Assembly (NCBI GenBank): GCA_965178125.1
Contig: OZ237765.1
Span: forward strand, 682,001-746,000
Source of the DNA: Bilabrum cf. latius
Lineage: Eukaryota
Reading direction: 5' to 3'
Length of the DNA stretch: 64,000 bases
The notes under the pieces are model-generated. The model saw only the letters and a program-made list of their open reading frames with translations, was not told the DNA's origin and ran no database searches. Within the stretch, counting starts at the first letter, position 1. The number at the start of each line of letters is the position of its first letter. Shown piece after piece: positions 13,676-27,607 of this stretch. The translations under genes were made by a program, and so were the position numbers.

Positions 13676-15315
13676 ATGCACCGCGTGCGTACCCAAATCA
13701 AGCGAGCCACACAAACTATAGCATTTGCACCAAGAGCAGGTGTTGCCCTAGTCGTTGCTGCATTGATGGGTAGTACGCCTTCGAGCGCAGTTGCACTTGG
13801 AAGCTCCGACAGCATGGCGGCCACATCTAGAGCCAGCAGACCAACAATTTCGAGAGCTGTATTGTCAGATCGGATATCAGGCTGCTACTACGGCCTTTTG
13901 ACCGGCGATGCGCTTTCGATGCCGTATCACTGGTTCTATAGTCCCGCTGACATCACAAGGTATCACGGCGGTACCGTCAGAGACTTCGTTCGCGCACCCG
14001 ACACACACCCGGGCAGCATCATGAGCCTGAGTTCAACTGGTGGGGCCGGTCGTGGACAGTAGGAGGGTTCGGTAATTGGCGATGTGATTAACAAGGGCAA
14101 GAAGCACCTTTGGGGCAGACGCGGAGTGCACTACCACCACGGGTGAGCAAGGGAATGGTCTTCTTCCACAACTAGTGCATTACCGCTGCAAAGTATCGCA
14201 TTGCTATGTTTATTGTTTGTCCGGTGGCTTTCCTGTCTATGTTACGCAGCATGCTCGCCGGCGAGAACACGCTGAACGCCCTGTGCGCTCGGCTGGTGGT
14301 CCGCTCCATGGGCGCGGCGGGGGCCTACTCGAAGGATGCCTTTCTAAAAGACTACGTCGAATTCATGACCACAAAGGACTCCCACAACGACACGTACGCG
14401 GAGTCGTACCATCGGATATTCTTTGCAAACTGGGCCAAGGGAGTGCACCCGAGCAAGTGCGCCGGGGATGACGGCCACAACATCGCCACCATGGGCGGGT
14501 TCGTCACACTGCCCCCCGTGGTGCTGGTGGCCGCGGCCAAGGCCGGAATCGCCTGGGAACACGCGGAGGAGAAAAAGGAAGCCGACTCGGAATCGAAATC
14601 GAGACCACCGGGCGATGCTCCCGCCGTGGCAGTGGCCAGGATCGACCTGGCCAAGGCGAGGGAGGCGGGCGGCAGGGCGGCACGAGAGCACGTGCTGCTG
14701 ACTCACGCCAACGACTACCTGGCTGACCACGCAGAGCTCTACGGGCGCATGCTGGCGGGGCTCTTGCTCGGCGAGGACTTGCGGGAGGAGGCCGCGGCAG
14801 CGGGCAAGTCGCTGGGCGTGGACATCCCCGCGCTCGCGTCTGGTCGGTTGGCGGACACGGATGTGGTGGGCCGGCGGTTCTCGCCGGCGTGCTACATCCA
14901 CGACGCGTTCAGGGGCCTCTGCTTCTTCGCGCATAGGTACGCGGATTCTGCGGAGGAGGCTCTGGTAGGGAACACAAATGCGGGGGGCGAGAACTGCCAC
15001 CGGGGCGCCGCCCTGGGTGCGCTGGTGGGAACTGCGCTCGGGCTGGAGGGGGGGGAGGCAGGGAGGCAGGTGGGGGCGGGCGTGGGTGTGCCTGGGCGGT
15101 GGGTCAAGGGTCTGAATGCAGCCGATGAGATTCGGAAGGAGGCCGAGGTGCTCGTGTCCCTGGCGCTTGGGGAGGAAGTGCCCCCCGATGGTGGGCCTGG
15201 GAGCGGGGCTGGGGCTAAGGCTGGGGCCGGAGGTGCGAGTGACGAGGTCGGCATGTCGGCTGGGTCTGGCGGAGTGACCGAGGGTGAAGCAGGTGGCATG
15301 AAAATAGAATTGTGA
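13676..15315 (+). CDS. ADP-ribosylglycohydrolase (ARH/DraG/crystallin J1-like) family protein
   Basis: Motifs GLLTGDALSMPYHWFY, HYHHGMLAGENTLN (after splicing intron 14143-14249), HNDTYAESYHR and NTNAGGENCHRGAALGALVG. One TAG at 14060 in GGAGRGQ(TAG)EGSVIGDVI. Ends in TGA. The start may be a downstream ATG. Confidence 0.85.
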
Positions 15316-15560
15316 CGCTGTAATGTAGTGGGTCACGCGCGCTGCTGTGGTGCCTTCCACGTGGCCACTGGTTCACGCACCCTGCCGTGTGACGATGCAT
15401 GCTGCTCAAGATCCAATGTGATGTGATGTGCCATGCCATGATGCTTGCACAAGACAAAAGCTCCATGCTTGGGTGCAACTATGTCTTCAGCGGTTCAGTT
15501 GTTGTGTACATGTTGGAACGAAAGTGACCTGACTTGAAAGGGGAGCAAGACTATTTTAGC

Positions 15561-18500
15561 ATGCGTACTAACAACGGTGTTCGAGAACGAGAAGCGGCCT
15601 GCAGGCCGAACCAGCCACAAAAATATGCTCAGAAGGGCGGGTTCTTGCATTGCCAGATACGATGCTTTTCAGCTATGTTATTGCTGGTGCAGCTCACAGT
15701 TTTGAATGCATCCAACCGTCTCGGCCCGTGCCAACTGGGGCAAGGCTCGAGCACTGGGGGGGGGAGTTTCTGCCAGATTTACTCCAATGACAGCGTGTTT
15801 TCGCCGATTAATGCAGGGGAAAACATTGGTGCCCTAGCAGCAAGCGGAGACATGGGGATTTAGCGCGGGCTTAGGGCAGTGTCTGATTCAGGCATGGCCT
15901 TCTACTCGACAGGCGTTGTGGGCACTTCGCAATGCCAAATACACGGGATACATCTGGCATCAATGCGTGTTGTATGGCGCACACACCCATCGGATGTAGG
16001 TAGTGGCTGCATTTCAGAGCCGGCTGTCCGGCTGGCTGTGCAGGCACCACCATCTCGATGTCTTCTTGAAGTAGCAGCTTACACGCAGAAGTACCTGAGC
16101 GTCTATATCGTGAATGCATGCAAGCTGGATGCACTGGCACGGCAGGACCAACCCGACACGGTTATGGTACTAGAGCCGGCGACGCGAGACCGTCGCCTCG
16201 CAATCCCTACCTCTCTTGGCGCCACACGGCGCGGCATTGGGATGCCGGCCAGATGGATGGAATCGGCTGACCAAGGCTACCGGATTCTGGTCGGCTGGAG
16301 CGGCGAGTCCCTGGACTACCCGTCGCGCGAATGCAACACTCCAGCCCTCGTGCTCGTCGCCACCGCCGGGCCAAGCTTGGGGGACATGCAGGTCGAGTGG
16401 AGCTTAGAAGTTGGAGGGGTGCCAGGGGGCGACAGAAGGCAATGTGGGAAGGTTAACCCCAACAGGTCCCTTTCTCAAGACGAGTCAAAGTCCGCAGTGC
16501 ACGCCACTGGCAAGGGAGGCCGATTTCGCAGGCAAAGCCAAAGGCAAGGGCACGAGTCACCATCACCTGCGCGGCCGCCCCGCCGCTCCTAGTCAGAGAA
16601 CGATACAGCAAGCCTGGGAAAACACGGTCGCAGACTGCAGGCCGATGATCCCATCCTACATAACAGGGTCATAGACCCCATCAACCGGCCCACGCTCGGA
16701 TACATGATGGTCGGCATCCGAGGCCTCGGGCTGGCTTGCGTCGACAGGAACACGAGCAGCGATGCGGGACGTTTCGACCAAAATTAGTCACCGCAGTACG
16801 GACCATGTGGTAATGAGCAAGAGCTTGTTGCATTCTTGAGCATGGGCAGTGCGAAGCAATCCGGCACGGTCGCGGCGCGGCGGTTCCACAGGATTTCCGG
16901 TGTGTTCGGCACCATGCACAGGATCATGGCAGTGCGCGCGACGGACGGTGTGCTGCTGGGCGAATGGAGGCACCAGTGCTTGGCCACGGATCCAGTGTGC
17001 TAGTAGTACGTGCAGCTGCTGCAGCGGGGATTAAACTGGGGTATGCCGGAGATGCTTGGCTTGCGTCTGCTGCCTACGCGGCGGAACGGCTGGTCGTGGG
17101 GTTAGCCCCGCCGGGACCTCCCAAGTTCAGGTGGTGCATGCCAGCAAGCAGGCGTCAGTACGGTGTACGCAGAAGGGCAGCCTGACTGCATCGATGACAT
17201 GGACGTGCCCATCCCTTCGTCCGATGGGTTTCTGGTTGAGCTGCAGCAGTGGCCCATTGGACCTGACGGGCAGCTGCCGGTGACTGGAGACACGAGACTG
17301 CCTGCTGGGGGCTCTTTGCAGGATGACGCGGACGACTATCCCATCCACGACGATTCAATGTTCCCGCATGATGACGGGGCCATCATGCCAAGCGTGTATC
17401 CTAGCGGTGTTCCGCTTCCGTCGATGGCTCCGACATCGTGGCCCACACTCCAGCCCAGCCCTCTCCCGTTGGGCCACAAGTGCGGCGGGGGGCCGTTCTA
17501 CGGCCATTGCAGGAATGCCGTGATTCGCTTTAGGGCGTGGTTTAACGCAGATAACACTGGAGTGGTAATCAAACCTGTTTGGTCGCACAGTCTACGGCAG
17601 GCAGACCCGGACTCCATCACTGTGGTGCCCGGCAGGCATCTCCCATGGACAGGGCAGTCGCCTGATGACGCAGACGCAGGCATTCTGATCCGATCTCCAG
17701 CGATATCGGGCAGCTTCGACGACGACGTGGACGCACGGCACGATGATCAGGACGATCAGGAGTATGCAAGCAGCCTCGTGGGCCTGCCCCAGTGCCAGAC
17801 CGCCATGCTGCGGCTCTCGGACGGTGCAGTCGTGTGGCAGGACGCAGCGGGTTGTCTGTCTCGGTGGGCCACACGATCCTTCAGCGCGATCATGTACGGG
17901 ACGCGCTAGAGCGAGGTGCTCGTGCAGCCTGCCGGCACTGCGCTGGAGGGGTGGCGCGTGCCCGGCCCTGCGTGGCTAGTGGGCTTCCACACTGTGACGA
18001 GCGGAGGCACGACCGGGCTGAGGAGCGGATCGATCCATGTGCTGGTCAGGGATGCTGCCACGGGGCGCGTGGCTCTGAACCAGCCGTTGGGAATTGAGTC
18101 TGCCGGTTCCAACGGCGAGCATGCAGCGCATGATGACGTTGATGAGCGGTAGCACCGTGGTATTGGTGCAATGACAAACTACGGCAGTGTTACCGAGGGT
18201 ACCGATGACGAAGATGGAATGCGAGATTTCCCTGTGGAGCCGAGCGATGGCGTGTCCAGGTCCAGGTCACTGCAGCAGCCGCGAGGCAACGATGATTGGG
18301 GAGATGATGACCTCAACGAGTATGAGGCCCTATTCACGATGCACGGGCAAATTCGATCCGTGTTCCCCGTGCCGTGCGCCTCCATCAACGCCTCCATCGA
18401 GGCGGCAATGGCAGGCACAAGCCATGGCACGCGGGAGGCGGCGGGGTATTCGAACGGGACGGATTCGCCGACAAGAGGATCCGCCTGCATCGTGCTGGCT

Positions 18501-19193
18501 CTCTCCCTGCCAAGGGACCTCCTGTTCATGAGGATGGTGCAGCTACAGCCGCTGTTCCCCGGCCAGGAGGGCTGGGCCAAAGCCGCGGAGCAGAGGCTCC
18601 AGAGCCCCGCCCCGGTCCCGCCGGCCATGCCGTCCCCGGGATGGTTCGCTCCGAACGTTCGTTATTCGTCAGCCCCCACCCCAACGGCAAGCCCAACTCC
18701 CAGCAAGCACGCGCCACTGCCTGCTCCTGGCAACCCCTCAGGCACTGCCCGCGCGCTGTGGGCCGCGGCCTGTGCGGCCCTGGCCTGCATCGTCCTGGGC
18801 GGTATTGCGTGGGTCTGGTGGGGGCCTTGGGGGCAGGGCCGCGGGAGTGCAGGCGCAGGGGGGTATTAGCAAATCGATAAGGTGGGTGAAAGAGAAGATA
18901 ATGGTGCTGGTGCTAGTCCTGGGGCCCTTGAGGCCGGTGCGAGCGGTTCAGGTGGAACCCATGGCTCCTCGTCCTCGTCCTCATCCTCGGGCAATGATAG
19001 TTACCTGCAGGTCAATCGTGATCGGGCTGGAGCAGCGGCGGGCGCGTCAATCCTGTCGGAGCAGATGGGGCTGGTCCAGGTAGAAATGGGAGACATGATG
19101 GGAGTGGCATCCTAGTAGCGGGGAGGAAACGCGGGGGCTGGCCCACTGGCAGGCGGCCGCGGCGGTCAAATACACAAAGGTGTCTCAATTTGA
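15561..19193 (+). CDS. Type I membrane protein, tandem paralog 1 of 4 (large ectodomain, Pro/Ser/Thr stalk, one TM, cytoplasmic tail)
   Basis: Six track ORFs in one frame joined by 11 TAGs, ending in TGA at 19191. Shared family motifs GLPQCQTAMLRLSDGAVVWQDAAGC, HVLVRDAATGRVALN and PSPGWFA. TM at about 18755-18820. Start uncertain (15561 or 15674). Confidence 0.7.
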
Positions 19194-19535
19194 TTGCTTA
19201 TGGCAGTAAAGATAGGTTCTGTATCGTTCCGAATCTCGCTTTTCCCCGAGTGCGGGAACGCAAGGAAGGCTCGTGGAGACTACCTGGACATGTCCAGGAA
19301 GTGCCCAGGAAGTGCCCAGGACTCCTGCACCACCGACTCAGTTTTGAACAAAAATCACAACAATCGTAGACTGCCCAGCTGGATTGCCGGGTACTAGATT
19401 TACTACTGTTGCGCTCTATTACCCTACTTCAGCAGCTGGTAGCAGTAGTACTCGCTGGCTTGCACGTATAACTAGCAGCTACCGCGGCCCTGCAGAGAAT
19501 AGGATCGGCAGGTGTGCGACACCCGCGCCCCGCGA

Positions 19536-22500
19536 ATGCGCGCCTTTAATTTTTTGTGTTGGATATGTATCAACTACACGGTAGGGCATGTGTGTAGGAC
19601 CGCTGTTGATTCGTGGCGGAGCGATGTCGCTCAAAATAGTTGTTTCGTAGGGACTGCAAGCTTTGCTAGCCTGAACAGATCAGTGCTGCTAGGTCGAAGC
19701 GATTCCATAGACTCATCAAATGATGCTTACAGTGGATACATGTTGCCCCAGCTGGCGTTTGATGGTACTGGTGCAGACCAACCGTACGTTTTCGCGGTTG
19801 TGAAGGAATCTTTCTCTGATCCTGCCGTTATTGTGGCAGTAGACTCCCGTTCTTTCTCAGTGGTTTGGAAAGGATAGCCAAAGTCGTCCCGCTACCGCTC
19901 AATCGCGTCAGTTCAATGGGCGCCTAGCAGTCACCAGCACCAACGCTGCTGGCAACCCGCTGAGGAATAGGCAGGCAGCTCGGCAGCAACGTGCTGGATT
20001 CGAGTGGCTGCAACAACTGAAGAGGTTTCTGAGCTTTATTGTGTAGATGTCTGCAATCTGCAAAGCCGTTCGTTGGAAGTGCCGGCAGTGCAGCCTGACC
20101 GCACCGTTGCTTTGCCAGCGGCCGTGCAAAATAACCAAATATCCCCGATATACACACCATTCTTGGCTGTTCCCGACGGAAGTGCTGTCATTTCGTTTGC
20201 CATGTCGCCGGAGGCGTAGCAGCCGGCTGCCGGCGCTGCCCATGCCCTAGCAGTGGATTTCAGCGCAGGGGAGGTCATGTGGCACTCGCAGGTGGGCCAC
20301 AGCTGGGCCAATCGGTCCGAGTATTCCGTGCCGCAGCTGCAAGATATGGTCAAAGTAGAATCCGTGCAGTATATAGCTGGAAATGATGCTATCAATGGCG
20401 GACTGAGCGGCAGAGGGCTGCTTCTGGTGGCGCTGAGCTTTGGGACGGGCGATGAGTTTGGCGGTACTCGTCCTGGTAGTGCCAAGGCGGGAGCGCACTT
20501 TAGGGGGGTAACTGACGACAGTGGTACCCTGACCGACAGCGGTACTCGCGCACAGGCAAGCACAGGGCGTGCCGCGAGCCGCAGATCGAGCGCCGGAACG
20601 AGCAGGCGAGCAGCAGAGGACGACTCAGTCGGCGATTAGGCGGACAGAGCCAGCGTCGGCGCCGGGATGGTCGTGGGGACCGCCGCCTCCCTCGTCGCTC
20701 TCGACGCGGGGACTGGCCAGCTGGTAGGGTCTTGGGTGCTGCAGTGCAATGCATCCAGCCCCGCGTGCCAGTTCTACCAAGCGCTGTTCAACCAGTCCGG
20801 TGACGTGTACAACAGCTGGCACCCCACCCTCCGAAACCCCCTGCAGCTGAATGTCGGCCCGGGCCGGGTGGGCTAGCCTGGCGCGATACCTCGTACCGTA
20901 GGAACGCTTAAATCGACAACCAGCCAAGTGAAAGGCCCGCAGCCGGCCGCTGGACTCGCTTACACCCTGCAGGGCTGGTTGCACGATGCGTCCTGGGGCG
21001 ACCTCCCCGTTGCAAACGTGGGGCCGGGCCAGTACCCCTGGAAGCTGCTGAGTCAAGCCCCCAGCGTTGCTGCGGCATACGACCCAGTAAACGGTGATGG
21101 GCATGCTAGCACTCGTCACACCGAAGGCCCCCGGAATCTGCAGATCGACCCGTCGGCCTCGCCCTCCCCTCTACCCCACCCGCCGCTGACCCATCGGTGC
21201 GGAGGCTACCCGGAATACATCAAGTGCATCCAGCACGTACTGAGGATCGATCTGGTGTCTGCTGGGCCTGGATCTGTCTGCGATGATGACGGTCAGGTCG
21301 CGAGCACAATCAGTCTTGCAGCACAGCAAGTGCGCGGGGAAACCGACTCTGCTCTTGGGCAGACTAGAAATGCGGGCGGGCCAAGCGTCTGCTTCAAGAC
21401 TGTGTGGCTGAAGACAGTGCCAGGCACAGACCCACACCTGCTTGCAGTGCCATCGGCAGTCATGGGGGCTGAGAGCATTCTAGGGGCAGGCATCATGGTG
21501 TCTAGCAGCGCGCTGTCGGGCAGTTTGGACGATGACATCGACGGCAGTCACTCGGGCTCGGCCCTGGGACTGCCTTCGTGTCAGACAACCATGCTAGACT
21601 GGGGCACGGGGCACGTCCTATGGGAAGATGCGGGGGGTTGCCAGGCAGGGGACGTGGACCTCAAGGCAGAGGGGTTCATCCTAGGCAGGCAGATGACGGG
21701 GGGGCTCCTCATGCGGCTGGATGAGTCTCGGAGCATCGTCTACCAGACGTACGTGATCACAAACGGGGATCCTTTCTTCGGCGGCACGTCATCGATCGGG
21801 CTCATGGGCAGGGACCCCGCCAGCGGGCACCTGTGGTTCAACGACATGGTGCTGCGCATCGACGATGGGAGCCAGCTGGCGGTACCAGACAAGGGGCAGC
21901 CCATCGTTGTGTACGACTGCCACGATGCAAGCGGGGCTACTCAGAAGGCGGATGGCAGCAATGGACTGTGTGCCGCCATCGGCGTGCAGTTCGATCCTGG
22001 GCAACCGGGGCACGAGCCACAGATCCGATCCATGCTCTTGCGGCAGCTGGGGCCCGATGAGCAGGCCACCATCGCGACGAGCGCCGTCCCCGTGCCGTCG
22101 CTCCACCCGTCGCCGGGTTTCTTCGCGACCGCGCTCCCATCGGCCTCGCCATCCGTCTCGGGTGTCCCGGCCGTCTCCACCACGAGCACGCCCAGCGCCA
22201 GTGCCAGCGCCAGTGCTGCCCCGGCTTCCGCCAGCCCCTCGCCTGGATCCACTGCGACTCCGAGTCCCAGCGGGGGCACGCAGCCGCCCCATGGTGGGGG
22301 CAAAAGGCCTCATCGTGTGGGGGCCATCGTGGGCGGGGCGCTGGGGGGTTTGTTCGGGCTGGGGTGCGTGGGTGCGCTGGGGGCGTGGTTGCTGGGGTGG
22401 TGGGGGTCCAGCAGTAGGAATGGCGCCATGGGCGGCTTGAGGCTGCAGAGAGAAGTTTCGGAGGCGCTTGCAGAGGCAGAGGCAGAGGCATCGGGGGCAG

Positions 22501-22655
22501 GAGCGGGGGGTGGGCGGGGAAAGGGTAGAGGCAGCATGCAAGATACGGGGGGGGCAACGGCGCCGATCGATCGCATGCCGTCCTCTGGAAGCGGCTCCGG
22601 TCTCGTTTCCCAGGCGGTTGGCTCGCAGGCGGATTATGTGCGGCTGGATGACTGA
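19536..22655 (+). CDS. Type I membrane protein, tandem paralog 2 of 4
   Basis: Five track ORFs in one frame joined by 5 TAGs, ending in TGA. Motifs GLPSCQTTMLDWGTGHVLWEDAGGC, GRDPASGHLWFN and PSPGFFA; Ser/Pro/Thr stalk; TM VGAIVGGALGGLFGLGCVGALGAWLLGWW. Confidence 0.75.
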
Positions 22656-22672
22656 CTGACTGACTGACTGAC
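22649..22672. repeat. (TGAC)6 microsatellite overlapping the stop codon of paralog 2
   Basis: tgactgactgactgactgactgac read directly. Confidence 0.9.
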
Positions 22673-23107
22673 CTCGGTTGCAGTACTACATACACGCCGG
22701 ACTGAGGGCTAGGCCAGTGAAGTGGACTGGGGTCTGCTCGCCTCGCCTGTTCGTTTGCGCGTGTTCGCTACTGGTAGTACTTGCGTTTATTTGATCGCGC
22801 ATCAATCAATGCACATCATTTTACCTATTCTTGGCACGTCAATACCTCTTGCGCCATACTGTGGGAGTCTCTGCAAGAGCTGCGCGCACAAAGCTGAGGG
22901 CATTCCTAATGGATACGACACGATGGTCGGCGCGGCCTCCGTGAAGTGGCAACCAACCGACCACAACACGGTGCCCCAGGCTGCGCAGGATAGGCCTGGG
23001 CCTAGCTAGACCAGACTCAGTAGGCTAGACCCGGACTCCAAGTCGGACTCGGAGTCTTTCACCAAAGCGTGAGACGCAATCCACGCATTTTACGCAAAGG
23101 AAAGATC

Positions 23108-24298
23108 ATGCGCACGAGTTTGGCTGCACTAATTGGAGCTGTTTCTATGATTAGATCAACGACTGCAGTTCTTGGTTGCGCAAATGACCAGGTCTGTCTC
23201 AACGATAGCGAGACCTTGTTTCGATGCCTCGTAAGCTAGATAATCGTTGAATTCTGCAGGGCGGACTTGGCGAACCGAAGCAACTTGCACGTGCTAACAT
23301 AAATATCTCGCAGGAATCTGAGGCACAAGGTGCGAGCGAATGCCATTTGCCCGGTCCAAGTGGGAAGAATGGAACTTGCGCCTGTGAAGCTCCAACAGCG
23401 ACAGATCTATGCGGGCCAGGACCGGACCCGGTAGATCCGAGTAGTACTCAGAATTACTTGATGATTGGAGACTCTATATCGATCGGCATGAAGTCGATGG
23501 TGTTTAAGAATCTGTCCGCGAGTGGGATCTCGTCGCAGCATAACTCTGGAAATGCCGCCAGCGCAAATAAGGGCAGGCATTGCGTCCCAAGTGTGTATCT
23601 GAACGGGTCAGATGCCACTAAATGGGATATTGTTTCTGTGCAGTACGGGTTGCACGGGCTGGCTCATGACATGTAAGGCCTGGCAGCTGACAATCGATCA
23701 ATCTAGTAGACCATACCACACGCGCACCCCTTCCTAGATCCTGTCCAAGAATCGCAGCGAATGGATCGACGCGGATACCTACGAACGGGCAATTCGCAGC
23801 ATCTTCTCGGACGTCCTGCAGCTCACCAAGCCGGATATCCCCATCGTGATCGTCACCACCACGCCCGTGCCAGAAGCCCCCGTGAACCCCCCGAGGTTCA
23901 ACTCGGACGTGGTCACACGCAACAAAATCATGCTCGCCGCCGCCGAGCAGATTATCCCCCCAGACAGGCTCACCGTGGTGGATCTGTACAGCTGGGTGAT
24001 CAGCAAGTGCGGGGCGGGGTACTCCAAATGCTCCATCCAGCTGCCCAGTGAGTGTGTCTGACATGAATGCAGTGCAGTGTACCATGCGCATCGCGCGCTG
24101 GTTGCTTCTTGGCTGTCACGGTGCTGAGCAGTAACCTCTGTAGACTAGTCCACCTCTGCTGGTGACAACCCCAATCCCACGCCCCGCCTGCTCCCTGCCC
24201 TCTCACCAGCAGATAACGTTCACTATACGAACGAGGGTTGGGAGTACCTGGCTAGCAAGATGACCACTGGGCTCAGGCATGCACTCGGCGGAGTGTGA
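23108..24298 (+). CDS. Secreted SGNH/GDSL-family hydrolase (esterase/lipase-like), 4 exons
   Basis: Exons 23108-23230, 23314-23672, 23758-24047 and 24213-24298. Signal-like N-terminus; block I MIGDSISIG; QYGLHGL; VTTTPVP; block V NVHYTNEGWEYLA. Ends in TGA. This is the only gene here with no TAG. Confidence 0.8.
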
Positions 24299-24604
24299 CG
24301 AGACCTACTTAGTAGGTTTTACTTGGCTGGCGTGCTGGGTCGGGCTGTCCTGTCCCCTGTTGCCACTGATGCAGATTGTGGGACAATCATGGGGTCTGAA
24401 CATGCGATCTGCATCGGTTGATTGGTTGCTTTTTTGATCGATCGATTGATCGACTGACTGGCGGACTGGCTGGTCTTCTTCGGAAGGCTGTCGGTGTATC
24501 ACATTATGAAGCTGAAGCACACAACTCTCACGCGGGAGACACAAACACGGCCTTCACAACAGAGGTAGCATGGATACAACCGACTCCGCGATCGTATTAA
24601 AAAT

Positions 24605-27600
24605 ATGAGTCTTTATTTTGTGTTGATTTGCCTCTGCGCACTGTCTAGGTCGCTTCCGACTATGAATCCCCATCTGAATGTGGTGCGCGCTACTGCAACC
24701 ACAGCATTAGGAAGCAATATTCCGAGTATAGCAGAGGACACGTATCATATTGACGTAGTTCCAGAGGCTATCGCATCTAGATTTGCCTTTGTTCTGATGA
24801 ACCCATCTCCTACTGGACCCCCAGGGTTCCTTCGCGTGTTGGACGTCGCTGGCACCAACCAATCATCCCTCTGCTGGAACTCGGTACCTCTGTATTCTCC
24901 GTATGCCCAGCCGTCGGTACACTGGATATTTGACTCATGCTCATAGCAGGTCAATGCTAGATTGCAGAAAGGTACATGCGTTGCACGAGCGGTTGTAATC
25001 GACGCTGATGTTCTGAAATTGTTCCTAATAGACCTGACCCGCTATGTGAACGATGGCTGCAGCGGTAGCACTGATGTCATTCCTTCCAGACCTAACATCG
25101 AATTCGATATGGGGCCACTGCGGGCGCAAATAGGCCGAGGATCGATCAGCGCGGTCCACTTTGCGGATCCTCCTGCGCCTTTCGCCGCGGGCAGAGCCAG
25201 TGCCAGCAACACTAACAGTGGCACTCATGATCATCAAAATCGGCATAGGGTAGTCGTCACAATTGACGGAGAGAGGCCTGTCACTGGCACTAGAAGCAGG
25301 GGATCCAAGGATGGCGGGCAGCAGGCGGCGGGGCACCCAGCACACATCGTCGCAGTGGATCTAGATCTAGATATGGGGACAGGAGCCGTCGCGTTTATAT
25401 CCCCGCTATCCCGACCACCAAGGTATGAAGGGCTCATGTTCAGCCCAATAAGCTATGGGGAGTCACTAGGCACGCTGATCACCGTGTCAAGCACACAAAT
25501 AGTGCTTGGTGACCAGCGTGGAACCGGCGAGGCGGGCTATGCTGCTGGACTGCTCCTGGTCTCCCTTCGGTCTTAGTTCGTTAACATGGTGGCAAGACAG
25601 ATCCTGCACAAAGCAGCCGTAGGGGCGATCGTGGGAGTGAATCTGCAGACGGGTGAAATTGCAGTGGTGTGGGCGTTTGAGTGCAGGGGCCGTGGCTGTG
25701 CCCAGTTCCGCACGATGCAGTGCAAGCATCCACGCTCCGCCGGGCCCTGCACCATACTTCAAGTGCACCTGATCGGCCAGTCGACGCGATTGCTGCAGGA
25801 AAATGATGGATTGAGCAAGGATCTGGATTTAGACGAAGCAGTGATGGCGTAGATTCCTGTCCTTGCTGTTGCCATAGGCTGGAACAGGACCATTAGCCCG
25901 GGCCGAGAAGCGCGCAAGTTCGGTCGTTCCATTGCTCCTGCCCTGTACATGGGCACCAAGCCAGGCGGGGACGATGATTTGCAGGATGACCCTGCCGAAG
26001 ATGACCAAGAGGTGGCTGATGATACCGATGCAGATGATGACGATTGCATTGTCGCCCCCGACACTGTGGACCACGATGGCGGTGAGGACGAGGATACTGC
26101 TGGCACACCAGAGACCAGCGGACATGGTCTCTCGGACCCAGCGCGCCAGGATGTCCCCAGCTATTTGTTTGTGTTGCAGTTTCCCTTTGCGGCCAAGCGC
26201 CGTGTGCATGCGACGCGAGAACAGGGCCGAGATGCACGGCAGGCACATGCAGGGGCTGCAGGGGACAGCACTGATCAGGAGCGGGAGCGCCAGTCAGTCG
26301 TTCCTGTCGGTCTGGTCTTGCAGCAGCCGTGCGTGGTGCGCGGCCAGTTTCTGCCTAGCGCGATCGTGCAGGGTGCCCATCTCGCGCTGTTGCAGACAAA
26401 CTGTCCGTCCGCCTCAGTCGATGACGATGTCGGGCCGATGGAGTGGGGATGGAAAGGACAGTTTGGCTGCATGTCAATGCTGCTCGATGTGGAAAGTGGG
26501 GTTGTTCGCTGGCAGGAAGCGAGCGCGTGTCTCCTGCGCACTGATTCGAGGACCAGCGGGCTGTCTCCTGTGATGCTGCCTCCCTCCATGGCGAGGCTCG
26601 TGAGGTATCCCAGCTTGTATCTGGACGGTATTTTACACACTAAGGAGGTACAAACGAGGGAAAGCGACGGGCAACGCACCACTAGTGGGGTTATATAGCA
26701 ATAGGAACGTGCCGCATGGCGCACGCGATGGGCCGGCCTGCAGGTGTACGTCCTGAATACGGGAGCGATCGAGAGTGGCGGCGGCCTGCGGACGAATGCA
26801 TCCGTGCACCTGCTGCTCAGGGATGTTCTCACAGGACAGGTGCTACGGAACGAAATGGTATTAAAGGTACCGGGACTCGTTCTATTTGTGGAGGGAAGGC
26901 CTGCCCTGGCCTACAACGATGACTGCAGTACCAGCACCACGGGCAGCACTAGCTATGAACTGCAGTCACCTCCAGAGAGCGACGGGGAGACAGCATGGGC
27001 GCTGTGCATGCTGTTTAGAATCAGCGCAGTTCCAAAGCTCAGGACAGTTAGTTACAACATCAGGATCCGGCTGGGAGCTGTTCCGGATAACTCGCCGGCC
27101 GATCCACCGGAGCAGGATGAAGAGGACAGCTCTCAGGCTGGCAGCCCACAGGCACAGCCTGTGGCACCATTTGCGCTTGAGACTCCGTACCCCGTCTTGC
27201 CTGCCTATCCGTCTGCGGGGGTATTGCCGCTACCAACTGCTAGTCCGCCTCTGCCAGAACCGTCTGATCTGCCGTCAGCATCTGGAACTGCTGGCCCTAC
27301 TCCGCCCGCTGGTGGGCATGCCAGTGGTGGTCGCGCAAGGAGCGGCAGAGGCAGGGATGCGTGGATTGCTGTCGCGGTTGCTTCTTTCGCTTGCGTAGCA
27401 GGGGTACTGGCGTGGATGGTAATAATGGGTGGCAGATCTAAGGCCATCACGGCATCAGGCGCACAGGTCTAGACCAGGGGGCGGCGCTCATCTACATCCA
27501 GGGGGGCATACCATCGAGTGTTGGGCGAGGCTGAGGCTGAGGCTGAGGCTGAGGCTGGGGTTAGAATCGAGGAGGGCAGTGGCAGTGGATCGTATGTGGA

Positions 27601-27607
27601 TGGTTAA
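24605..27607 (+). CDS. Type I membrane protein, tandem paralog 3 of 4 (1000 aa)
   Basis: Signal peptide MSLYFVLICLCALSRS. Five track ORFs in one frame joined by 6 TAGs. Motifs GQFGCMSMLLDVESGVVRWQEASAC, HLLLRDVLTGQVLRN and YPVLPAYPSAG; TM AWIAVAVASFACVAGVLAWMVIMG. Ends in TAA at 27605, followed by GGG TAA. Confidence 0.75.
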
